Part shown: one piece after another, positions 52,850 through 64,000 of the stretch
Position numbering within the stretch: the stretch's first letter is position 1
How the letters are laid out: each line of letters starts with the position of its first letter
DNA from: Welwitschia mirabilis
Taxonomy: Eukaryota
Direction of reading: 5' to 3'
Assembly (NCBI GenBank): GCA_051453625.1
Contig: JBOZIK010000001.1
Location: 923,004 to 987,003 of the forward strand
DNA: 64,000 bases
The notes under the pieces: generated by a model
What the model saw: the letters and a program-made list of their open reading frames with translations, nothing else
Told to the model about the DNA's origin: nothing
Databases searched by the model: none
Made by a program: the position numbers and the translations under genes

Positions 52850-53830
52850 CCCCCCCTTTATTAAAATAAAAATCTAAATGTTAGCTAAAGAACCTGAAAT
52901 ATTGCTCAATTAGTTAATGGAAAGAATTTACATGGGGAATTTTAAAAATCTAATGTATAGCACATAAAACTAATAACTAAAAAAGAAAAATTATGGAATT
53001 TCAAGAACAAGATAATAAAACCTTTTATAAAGAATTTTAATAACTTAAATATATACTTAAGAGATGTCCATAACATGGTTTTAAATCTTGAATCTTAAAT
53101 ATTATTAAGCTTTCCCTATGAAGGATTAATCACATAAAGTATAAAACTAATAAAGATGAAAAGTCATGTAAGTTTCAAATTTAAGGAATCAAATGATGCA
53201 TGGAATAATAAGAAAACATTTCTAAAAGCTATAGAAATTAGAAAGACCTTTTAAAGTTATAGAATTAGACAAACAAGTATACAAGGTGAAATATACAAGT
53301 TAGATGAGAAAATGTATTCACAAAATAATATTGATTGCATCACTAAGAGATTATATAGTATTAACCATCTAAACCTTAACTAATTAATGGTGGAGCTATA
53401 TGTGCTATATGTACCTTTGATGAATAAGAAATGAAAGAGTATGATTCTATCCCACTTTACAAAGATATAGTAACTTAGTAAATGGATAATATACAAGATA
53501 AAGTAGCACTTTTACATCAACAACAATACAAACCATATTCCACTATGCAGATTATTATAACTTGAAATGAAAAATCCATCTTGGTTTATTATAAAATGCT
53601 TAATAAAATAAAATATTAGCTTCAGAAGCACACAATAAATCTTAAAGGATATCATTAAAGATTCTTTTTTTAATGCTTTGAGAATAAAGGCTAGTTCTAT
53701 TAATAAAGAAAATTTACAAAGCCTTGTTTAGGTGGTGAAACTTCCCCAAAACAAAATTGGAGTACATCCTAATGTAAAGGCATATTTTTAACTTGTTGAG
53801 AATTGTCGATACTATTTGTAAATCTTGGCC
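52850..53830 (+). mobile_element. Possible Athila-like gag/protease remnant
   Basis: Weak motifs only: YEGL (~53118), FKESNDAW (~53180-53203), a CAIC knuckle remnant (~53402) and decayed protease-like text at ~53675-53780. Confidence 0.35.
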
Positions 53831-53999
53831 TTGGATACCAAAAAAAAAAAAAGAAAAAAGAAATAAAGAAATAAAGAAATATATAATACCTAAGGCATTA
53901 GAAATGGAAATTTGATTAAAATAAAAAAATTAGCACTAAAACCATACACCAAACACCTAGCAGAAGGGCATAATTATGTTAGGGGAAGATACCATTTAA

Positions 54000-55450
54000 T
54001 ATATTTGGTAGTTATCTCCTCTTTATGGATGAGATGGTACATAATTCTTAGATTCTTGTTGTCAAGCATCTCTTTTGTCTAATTCAAATTCTTTATTTTC
54101 TCTAAGGCTTCTTTTTATCTGACTTTGTTCTTATCTAAGTGCCATTATAGAATCAATCTCTTATAGGCCTTTAGAAAAATTTTAGTAAAGACCTTAAGGT
54201 GGAGGCTTAGCTTATCATAGTAATATTTCCAAGTATGGATTAGAGTGAATTCATCCATTTAGAATTCTCTACATTCTTCTTCCATATTATCTAAACTCAT
54301 CTCCTATCTCTGAGAGGAATCACATTCTTCTTTCAAGTCTTCATTTTTAATAGAATCTTTTTGAGAGCTTAAGTCATTACTATTATTGCTATCTCTATTA
54401 GTAGAATGGATAATAGTTCTAGAATGTTGAGTTCTTTACTCTTTATTAAGGTTTTTATTCTTTAGATTATTCTTATTAATATCACTATTACTATTTATTA
54501 TTATTGGAATGTTTCTTTTAATGTTTTTCTCCAAAATTATTTGATCTACTTTGGGGGCATTATTTCTAGAGTTTGGTGTATCCTTTGGGGCTTTACATTA
54601 CTAGTTTATTAAATGCTTCTTATCTCACTCTGATTCAGAGAAAAATATCTTTGTAATGGCTTCATGATCTAGGGGAAATAATTGCTTTTCTAAGAGAGAG
54701 GGGCCTATTGAGCTCTAGTGAACTTTTGGTTCCTCTTATTGTGCATGTCGTTTTGAACTTTTTGAGCTACAGGGTTTATGCCTCTTAGATTTGGGCTTTC
54801 TAACTGGGCTAGGGAAAGGTAAATCCTTTATTGAAATATTCTTTAAAGCCTTTTCATCTTTCCTTATGAATTTCTTTCTCTTTTTTGTAGTTGATCTATT
54901 TGTAAAAGGTGTTTGTTGCTTTGAATTAATCTATCCTAGTTGATTCTTATATTTCAAAAGTCCTATAGTTCTAATAGTTTTTGAACTATCCTAAATGCTT
55001 ACTGTTGATTTTATCTTGTAAGTTTTCATAGAAAAAATATGGGGTAATAACATACTTTCCTTCTTGTAATGCCATGAGGAAATAGAAATTCGATCCTCAT
55101 GATTTGGAGTGATGGCCACCTTAAATTAAAAACTTATTTATGAATTTCACTCTTAGATCCTAGGGAGAATGCAAAGAAGAATTTTTTACATAATCTTTAT
55201 TCACTTATAGAGCCCTTCCTTAGAAAAAATAATCCTCTTTATTGTAGTCTTGGAAAGTTTAAAGAATTAGGTTGACCTTATTCTTCATTCTAATAGCCTT
55301 TGTAATAAAATATGCAGAGATTGAAATACACCTTTGCTTCTAAAGTAATTTACCATATCTAATATACCTCTACATTTAAAACTTAGGTTTCCCCTTAAGG
55401 TCTATAAGCCATGTTCATCCAATGCTATCTAGGTATTTCCATAACCCCAT
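54000..55450 (-). pseudogene. Decayed purine-rich ORF, probably a retroelement env-like/extra ORF
   Basis: Minus strand reads ISAYFITKAIRMKNK (~55275-55322) and FLI*GGHHSKS*GSNFYFLMALQEGKYVITPYFFYENLQDKI (~55007-55132), followed by K/E/N-rich low-complexity text. Confidence 0.35.
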
Positions 55451-55637
55451 GTTAAACCTAAATTTTTTCATGATCCATGGGTCATAGCGTAAATGAATTC
55501 CCATTTTAATAGCTTAACCCAATTGAATCTTTAACATAACTTAGTGGTAGATATTAAGAGGAGTATGCCAAATACTTTAAAATATGTATTTTTTGTTTGC
55601 ACATTAAAGATGCCATAACATGATGTTAGAGTATCAT

Positions 55638-56053
55638 TGTAATGTCCCATTTTACTATTTTTAGATTACTTTGCATAAAAAGAACCATTTAAAATAATAT
55701 GCTAGGATCCATAAAAATAACAAGGAACAATTTAAAGAGAAACAGACTTTTATTATTAATAGTAGTAGATTACATTCCACATCATTAATAAATAGTCTTG
55801 GACTAGTGGTTATAGGTAAATACATGAACTATGACCTTAGTCCCCCTCTTGGATCCCTTGGGATCAGCCAAGTTTGTTGCTAGTTACATCCACCTAGCTC
55901 ATATACCTCCACCTAATTCCATAGGCTTATATTACATAATGAAGGAACACATCATTACATATTTGGGTCACACCCATTTACATCTCTTGTTAACCATGAT
56001 TCATTAGTGCTTAAGATACATCATTATTTAATTAATAATTTTGGAACATTACA
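55638..56053 (-). repeat. 3' LTR (416 bp) of gypsy copy 2
   Basis: TGTAATGT…ACATTACA followed by the reverse-complement PPT TTCCCTCCCTCTT. About 10 mismatches to copy 1 in the first 60 bp. Confidence 0.9.
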
Positions 56054-59000
56054 TTCCCTCCCTCTTAAGAATCATGCTTATCCTTGAGTACGGTCTCTCC
56101 TTGATTTGCATCACTTCTGAAATCATGCTCCTGTGCATCATTTTCTATATTATCTATAAGACATAACAAGAACAGGAAATATCATCCAATATAGACAATA
56201 CAATACAAAATTGGTATATCAGGCTCTATTAATAAAAACCTTGGGAAAGGTCTCTTGCATGTATTCCCTGATTCATTTTGTAAGTAATTCATTCTATACT
56301 TTTATTTTTTAGTTGTGTAGATTTGGTACTTAAGACTTTTTGTGGTTGAACCATAAAATTTAAATTGAATTTGGGCATGATATGTTACTAGTTCAAGGTG
56401 TAGTCTTGGTTTCTATCTTTATGGTATGATTTTATAGTGCTCACATAAAAAACTAGATGTATTCAAGACATCGAGGGAGGAAGCTCTAGTTTGTATGCTA
56501 GATTCCTAATATTTTTAATAATCTTAAAAGGACTGCAGAATCATGAGGCTGTTTGCTGTAATTTTTCATTTTCAAGGAGTTTCTTTCTGGATTGATTTTT
56601 AATACTTATTCACCTATCTGGAATATGCAGGTATGATGCTTTTGATTGTAATATTTCTTATATCGATCTTGTGATACATGTTACTATCCTTTTATTTTAT
56701 TGATTACTTCTTCCATTATTTTTAATTTTGAAGGTACTGTCTTTTTTAATCTTTATGAAGGATTTGACCATGTAATAGATGTAGAACAGTTTCTTTCATA
56801 CATTGATTTGAATGATGAATAGAAGATGGAAGTTTGGAATGTCTAGTAATAAGAAAATTCTGCCAGATGTAGGTAGTTCTTCCATTGTTTGAGCCTTCTT
56901 TTTACATAATACCTTAAAGTGTCTTTTAATATACAATTTATTCTTTCTATTTAGTCATCTGTTTCTAGGTGGTAAGCGGTACTAAAACTGAGCTTGATAC
57001 CCAAGTGGTGGAAGAAGCTTCAATAAAATTCAAATAAGAACTTTGGATCTCGATTAGATACTATAATCTAAGGTGCACCATGTAACCTAAAAACTTCCTG
57101 TACAAAATGAAGAGTTAGTTCTTCTGTTGTATTAGTACTTTAAACTATAATAAAAAGAGCCATCTTAATTAACATGTATACACAAACAAAAAATGCATGA
57201 TGCTCTTTATTAGTGAGGGATAACCTGGTGATAAAATCCATAGATATCTCTTCCCATTTTCATTGTGGTATTCCCAATGGTTGAAGGAGTCTAGTAGGTC
57301 TTCCTTAGTTGATTTTTATTTGCTAGCATATAGAATAGTTGTAGATGTATTATTTAAATCTACCTTTATTCTGGCAAAAAATAGTATTTCCATAATTGGT
57401 GGTAGTTTCTGATAAATTCTTGATGTCCTACATAAGGAACTTCATGTAGTTTAGATATTAGTTTCCTTCTCCATGGGCCTTGTGGAATGCACAATCATCT
57501 TGTCTTTATAAAGAATCCATCTCATGAGATCATGTATGTGTCTACTTATTTTTCTTCTTGAACCTATTGGTATATGTCCTTGAAGTATGGATATTATTCC
57601 AAAGAAGTTTTGAGAAAAGTGGATAAATCAGATGCGATACTGATAGCTAACATATACCACATACTACTTAAAGTATATACTACTTTATTCTCTTATATTG
57701 CAACTTGAAATCATATTCTATAAGTAACTTACTCCATCTACTTTTTTGTGTATTTAGAAGGGGTTATTTTTAAAAGCTTTTATGGTCTATTTTGAGAAGG
57801 AATTCACTCTCCATAAGGTCATGCCTCCAAACTTTCAAGGCATTCACTATGGTTAATAGTTCCAAGTCATGTACAGGATAGTTCTTCTCATGCTTGTTTA
57901 GCTTCTGTGATTCATATGTAATCATCTAATCATCTTAGCTGAGCATGAATCCTATTCCTTGGGTAGAAGTATCTGTGATGATTGTAAATGATTTGTTTGC
58001 ATCTATAATCTTGAAGACCAGTGCAATTGTGAGTAGCAACTTCAATCTGAGAAATGCCTCATTGCATTTATCATCAAAGCAGAATGTATTTGTTGCTTTG
58101 GTCAAATCTATTAATGATTCTATAAGTTGAGAAAATCCTAGAACAAATTTCCAATAGAAGCTGGTGAATCCTAAGAAACTTCATACTTGCACGGCATCTT
58201 TTAATTCTAGCCATTTCCTTATAACTTATACTTTGGTTGGATCTGTTGTAATTTCTTTTCTGAAGATGATATGTCCCAAATAACTAATTTCTATCTAAAA
58301 TAATTCACATTTACTTAATTTTACCTTGAATTTATGCTTGGACAAAACCTGTATTACTTTTCTCAAATGTGTAATATGATCATTCTAGTTTTTAGAATAT
58401 ATTAGGATATCATCTAAAAAGACAACCACAAATTTATCTAAGTATGAGTGAAAAACATCATTCATTAAATTCATAAAAGTAGCTAGAGCATTTTTCAAAA
58501 CAAAAGGCATTACTGCAAATTCATAATGTTCATATCTTATTCTAAAATTAGTCTTGTAGATGTCTTTATTCTTGATATGGATTTGATGGTAGCCAGATTT
58601 TAAATTAATATTTAGGAAGTACTTGTCTCGTTGCAGTTGATCCAATACATCATTTGATCCATGGTAATGGGTATTTATTCTTGATGGTTACTTTGTTGAA
58701 TTGTCTATAGTCAATGTAGAGTTATAAGGTACCATTCTTCTTTTTAACAAATAACACTAGTGCCCCCAGGGTGACACACTAGGAAAAATCTTTCCTTCTA
58801 ACAATAACTGTTTAACCTGTAACTTCAATTCTTTTAATTCTACCATTAATAAATGGTAAGGTTCTCTGACTATTGGCTATGCTCTAAGGATTAAATCAAT
58901 TGCATGCTTTACTTTCTCTTGGGTGGTAGCATTTTTGAATCTTTAAATACATCTAAAAATTCCTTTAATTATTTTGGTATAGATGGATGTTCTTTAGGAT

Positions 59001-60650
59001 CTTCTACTTATACTAGGTGATAAACACCTAATTTTTTAAATAGCTTTAGCAATTTGTTTGAGTGAGATTAAAAAAATCTTCTTACTCTTTCCCTTCCCTT
59101 TAAAAATTTATTTTTTAAACACATGGAATAATTACAAGGTTTTATAGTGAAAGTTAATATGAAGATTATATCTAACTAAGAAAGGGATTCCTAGAATGGC
59201 ATAGTACTCTCCAATTTGAAAGACATAAAACTTATTCCTAAACTGTAAGTCATGAATGGTAAAAGTAATAAGAGTAGTAGTCACATCTTGTATAAAAACA
59301 TTACCCCCTGCAACTCCTACGATGGACTCTTATTCTTTGAAAGGAGTGATCTTTATTTTGTAACATAGGGATGGTAAAATGAAATTATGTGGTGACCACT
59401 ATCGACTAGAAATGAAATAACAAAAGATAAAATGTAATCACATAACTCTAATATGGAGTATTAGTTGTGAATCACATCTATTTGAATGGTAGCATAGACT
59501 CTTTTAAATGGCATAGGTTGATTCTAAAGAGTTTGAGGCCAACTGTGCTGAGGAACATTTGACACTCATGATTTAAAAGGATAGTTCCTAGCAATGTAGC
59601 CTCTCTTGTGGCACTTATGAAAGGTAAGATTTGTTCTGTATGATCCCTTGCTAGTGGTGTGGCTGAAGGAGGGTGTCTATCTCCTTAGTGTGATTGATCT
59701 GTCCATCTATTCTCTTATCCTTAGAGGTAGTGCCTTATTTTCTGATAGGAATCCTCTATAGACTTAATTTTCAAAGTATGAAGGACACTTTAAAGTTTAA
59801 ATGACAAAGCATCAATAAAGCTATTAATTAGTTGCTTTTCTAAAAAATTCTTTTTGTACTTCATAAGACACTAAAATTCTAACCAATGTTCATCTAACGA
59901 GCTTTTACCTAGGTATAGGCATTGGAATTCCACTATTTGGTCTTCAATAAAATCTTTTGGAATGAACTTCTTTTTAAATTATTCAACAAAAGTATCCCAC
60001 GCTATCTTGTGTAGGTGTTTCTATTGGCACCTGGACCATTATTCTTGTGTGTTCCCTATAGAAAATGCACTAGCATATATGCACTGTCTTTCTAAAGGTA
60101 TATTTCAAAGTTTAAAATAGTTCTCTAATTGCTAAATTCATGATATAACTTTCTCATTTGTTCCAGCCTTTCCCTCATAGGTTTTTAAATGTATCATCCT
60201 TGCAAGTTCTTCTCCTTCTCGTTGTTTAATGTTGGAGTGGTTAGACTTATTTATTAGAAAATATTAAGAATTGAACTCTATATTTAATAACCTCATTTGG
60301 ATGTTTTAGAGGTCAACATTAGTGGTAGGAGTATGCTGTTCTGAAGTAGAAAGCAATTCTTGAGATACCCTTTAATTAGATTCTATAAGTCTTTGTTCCA
60401 GGCGAGTAACAAGGCTATCGAGCCTACTAGCTAACTATACATTTTATGAGCAAATATTATCAATATGATCATCTAGTATATCAAGACACTCATTAACCCT
60501 GTGTTTCATGATACACCAGTGGATTCGATCTCTTCCTATACCCATACACCTTTGTCTGATTCTACAAGTACTCTCTTTCTCTTCCTTTACTTTCTCCTAT
60601 GGTGGTGCTTCCTTTTTATAATTTTGCTGATGGGAGTTGGGGACCTATAA
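55638..60650 (-). mobile_element. Ty3/gypsy chromovirus-like element, copy 2 (3' LTR through gag; 5' LTR not in window)
   Basis: Colinear with 25228-29220. RT ORF reads [12 protein letters not shown]…[18 protein letters not shown]…[14 protein letters not shown], and gag reads KTYEGKAG…QLENYFK (~60110-60186). Confidence 0.9.
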
Positions 60651-60780
60651 CTATTTGATAGTTAAGAAAATGGTTAGAGAGAATAGTTTCTTGTAGTTAT
60701 CATAACAAACTTACTGATATGACAAGCCATTTCCACTAGGGTCTATGTGTTGCCAGATGTTCAGAGATGATGCTGAGGAT

Positions 60781-61310
60781 TTAAGTGTGATGTCAGGTGA
60801 TTATGTATATTGAGTGTGATGTCAGGCCCTCAAGTATGACATCGGTCCATCAAGTGCAACATTGGATCATCAAGTATGACATTAGATCCCTCATGCTAAT
60901 GGGTAAAATAGGTTATTTTAGAGAGGCAACAGATGGTTCTGTGCTTGTAAGTGACAAGTGCAACATTGATCACCCAAGTGTGATGTTATCTAGCTAAGTG
61001 CGACATTGGGCTTCCTTGGTTAAATGGATAGAATAAGCAATTTCTTTAAAAAATGATGGAATTTGGGCCTATGAAGGAAAAGTGCAATGTCGGGCATCCA
61101 AGTGCAACATTAGCCATCCAAGTGCAACATCAGACTTTGAGGGGCTTCAGAATGCTGCACTGAGTTTGATGAGATTAAGTGTAACATCGGGTACCCAAGT
61201 GCGACGTCGACTATCAAAGTGCAATGTTGAACTTTAAGGGGCTTTGGAATGCTATGTTTAGTTTGATGAGATCAAGTGCTATGTTAGCCTTTCAAGTACA
61301 ACATTGGAGC
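60781..61310. repeat. Clustered ~20 bp tandem repeats, inferred consensus CAAGTGCGACGTCGG-N5 (~16 copies)
   Basis: Variants include aagtgtgatgtcag, caagtatgacatcg, caagtgcaacattg, aagtgcgacattg and aagtgcaatgtcg, with an intact caagtgcgacgtcg at 61196-61209. Confidence 0.85.
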
Positions 61311-63212
61311 CCTTTAGTTTACTGTAGTTCAGGGTTTTAATTTTTTTGTAGTTAACTTAAGTTGATTGAATTTAACTAAGGTTTGATTAACTATGTTTAA
61401 CTATTATTTTAGAGTTAGGTTAAACCATGATCCACCACTATAACTAACTTCATGATCCCCTCATTTTTTTCTTCTTTTGTCATATGCCTCTATAATCAAA
61501 TTGGTAATTCTTTTATTTATTCTTCTGCTTGTCTTTTTCTATTTCATTTTTTTATTTTAATATTTTTCTTTTCCTTTTCTTGCTTTTTATGCAAGTCCTT
61601 CCAATGCCTACTTCTACCTATAAATACAAGTTCCCTCTAGCATTTTTGAATGTACTTCTTCCTCTAGTTAAGGTATGGCTTCTAGACTTTACCTTATCAT
61701 TTCTTGGCATTCTACCAATGTCAGATCTGTAGAATTGGAATTATAGCAACATACTTCAGATTAATGGTTTTTTTGGATCTTTTCCTCTAATCTCTTAGTT
61801 CGTTGTGGCTATTCATCGTTCTATGTTCATCATCATACTATTCTTTTCATCTTAGATTCCTTATATTCTTCCTTTGATTTAGATACTAATACCATTACTC
61901 ATCCTCGGCATAGTCCAATTCAAATTTCAAAGGAAAGCATCAAGGTGGTCTTCAGAATAACTGAATGTGATCGTATTCCTTCCAAAGTATCTCATTTTGA
62001 TAAGGAGTTTTGTTACTTCTTGGAAAATTGCTTAGATGATTTTGTATGTGTGTGGGAGATGGATATCCACTACCATGAAATTTCTACTGTCAATTTTACC
62101 ACTTCATATTTTGTAGCTTCTGGAGAGCTAATTGCTTATAGGGCCTTTTTTCATGATTGAGTGAGTGAGGTTTTCATCTATATAATTCACTTGTTCCCTT
62201 TTATGAATAGTGGAGTTTCTTTTTGGGCCTTGTTTATCTATTCTTCTACTCTTTTCAGTTGACCCACTTGAAGAAGATAAATGATAGGGTAAAGTGTTTT
62301 TATGAACATATTTTATTAAGTTTATATTTTACTCCTACGAGTCTAGAGGGTCTATAACTATCTACAGCTATTTCTATAGATTCTTCTTATATTTTCTCTC
62401 CTCATGAGATTCTTTCTTGATCTTTATTATATCTTTGTTCTTCCTCATCTATGGAGAGTGAAGGCTCTAGGAGTTATGACTCTAAAGAGATATCTCAAGG
62501 TACTTTTTCTAGTCTATCTAAGGTATGGATTTTGTTGAGGAATATTGCTATTAAGTATATTTCTGATAACTCTAATTTTTGGCATTTGGTGTTTTGTAGA
62601 AGAGTAAAGCTTTGAATCTCCTGACTCTTCCCATTAAAAACATGATATAGCTCTAGTGAATCACCCTATGCCTATGAAACTAGAAGATAGAAAGGATGCA
62701 TACCTCAGCTTTTCTCGGTGACACTAGTCTTGTGTGATATTACCCACTAACATCTCTTTCTTTTTTTCCTTCTTCTTCTTTTTTTCTTTTTTCTTTTTTT
62801 GTTTTCTTTTGACATAGGTATTTGTTTACTTTATTTTAGATTTCTCATGTAGAAACTTTGGTAGAGGAGTATATGGATTTTATCCCATGGCCTCCAAAGA
62901 AGATCTCTCTTCGGCAGCTAAGGGAGGAGTGCATTATTGTAAGTGAAACTTTTTCTTATGTCCCTTCCACTAGCTTCTTCATGGATTTATTTTTTCCTTT
63001 CAAATCTCAATGAGAAGAGGTACTTAATGATTTTGACACCTAAATAGATTAAGATGGACATGTTCTATTCCACCTCCTATTTTTAGCCTTTAGGTCAAAG
63101 TCCTCCTATTGCTCGCTCTTCTCTAAAAACTTCTTGTTACCCACTTGTAGCTTCATAATTTATTGTTAATGAATAAGGCCAAGTTTCTTATCGTACTTAT
63201 CAGCTTCTGTTA

Positions 63213-63991
63213 ATGGTGGAGACCTTGTATCCTAAGATCAAGGAGTTAATAGACCAGATAGGGGATTACCACTCCCTTTCTAGTCTTTTGCATGCACAAT
63301 TTACACATCCTTTATGCCTAGATGATGTCTACACCCATCAACGATCTAAGGTAGTAGATGTATCATGGGACTTTGAATGTAGCCGTTCTTCTTGTTTCAC
63401 CCCCCATTGTTCTTCATAGTAAGAGTGACCTCCTCTACTCTGAGATCTCTATAATATGGTGGATATGATGAAGTTATTTTACTACATGGATTATCATAGG
63501 ATTAAAGAGTGCAAGTCTATGAGAGATTTCCTTTTGATGTTGGAGAATGAGGTGGAGAACATGCATTTGTTAGAGAAGAAATTACAGGTAGATGGGCAGA
63601 TGCTTCACGAATGATAGAAAAAAATTAGGCTATTTTATCTTCTTATCTAGCAAAGATTTAGAGGATGATTTGGACTTGTGTAGATCATTTGTCCATTACT
63701 ATTAATGACATAGATGTGCTGTATCATGGCAGGGAGCTCTTGAAAGAACATCTATTAGGAACTTTAGTTGCTTACAGTAAGATTCATATGAAGCTCTATA
63801 AGTGGTTGTATCTTATTACTAAGGCAGATTCTTTAGCTGCTTCTTCTTCAATAGAAATCAGTATTTCAATGGTTCCTACACAACCTATTAGGATGGACAT
63901 AATTCTAGGTGGAACGAAGCCTTCTATCCCAGGCATCGAGGGTCACAACCCTGTTATTTTTTTTGTGGAGGATCTTCTTTCTCCTCATTAA
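63213..63991 (+). pseudogene. Decayed ~260-codon ORF of unknown identity, antisense to the gypsy element
   Basis: ORF 63213-63419 continues in frame through a few stops into DLYNMVDMMKLFYYMDYHRIKECKSMRDFLLMLENEVENMHLLEKKLQVDGQMLHE. One frameshift at the A-run (~63618-63625) joins it to ORF 63665-63991. Confidence 0.4.
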
Positions 63992-64000
63992 TGATGTTTT

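Noticed and set aside
60781..61310. CRISPR-like repeat-spacer appearance
   Set aside because: Units are ~20 bp, adjacent and degenerate, with no unique spacers or cas genes, in a eukaryotic retroelement context.

Overview
This is an AT-rich land-plant nuclear window from a draft scaffold with six N-gaps, and it is almost entirely old, heavily C>T/G>A-decayed retroelements. The only convincing intact gene is an intronless plant BCS1-like AAA-ATPase (476 aa, minus strand, 32642-34072), in a sharply bounded ~2 kb GC/CpG-rich island. To its left is a nested stack. An old Ty1/copia host is split by a 10.3 kb Sirevirus-type element (CATAG TSD, env-like ORF remnant, three LTR copies) and, 84 bp further along the host, by a chromodomain-bearing Ty3/gypsy element. 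Gypsy gag-protease, copia, LINE, hAT and SINE-like remnants are also present there. To its right are three L1-like LINE remnants, Athila-like and env-like debris, and a second copy of the same gypsy family. That copy's long 5' region carries a decayed CGACGTCG 20-mer array and an unexplained decayed antisense ORF. I found no convincing novel host biological system. The best leads are unusual retroelement architectures and the deamination signature. Boundaries of degenerate elements are approximate and were read by eye, without alignments or database searches.
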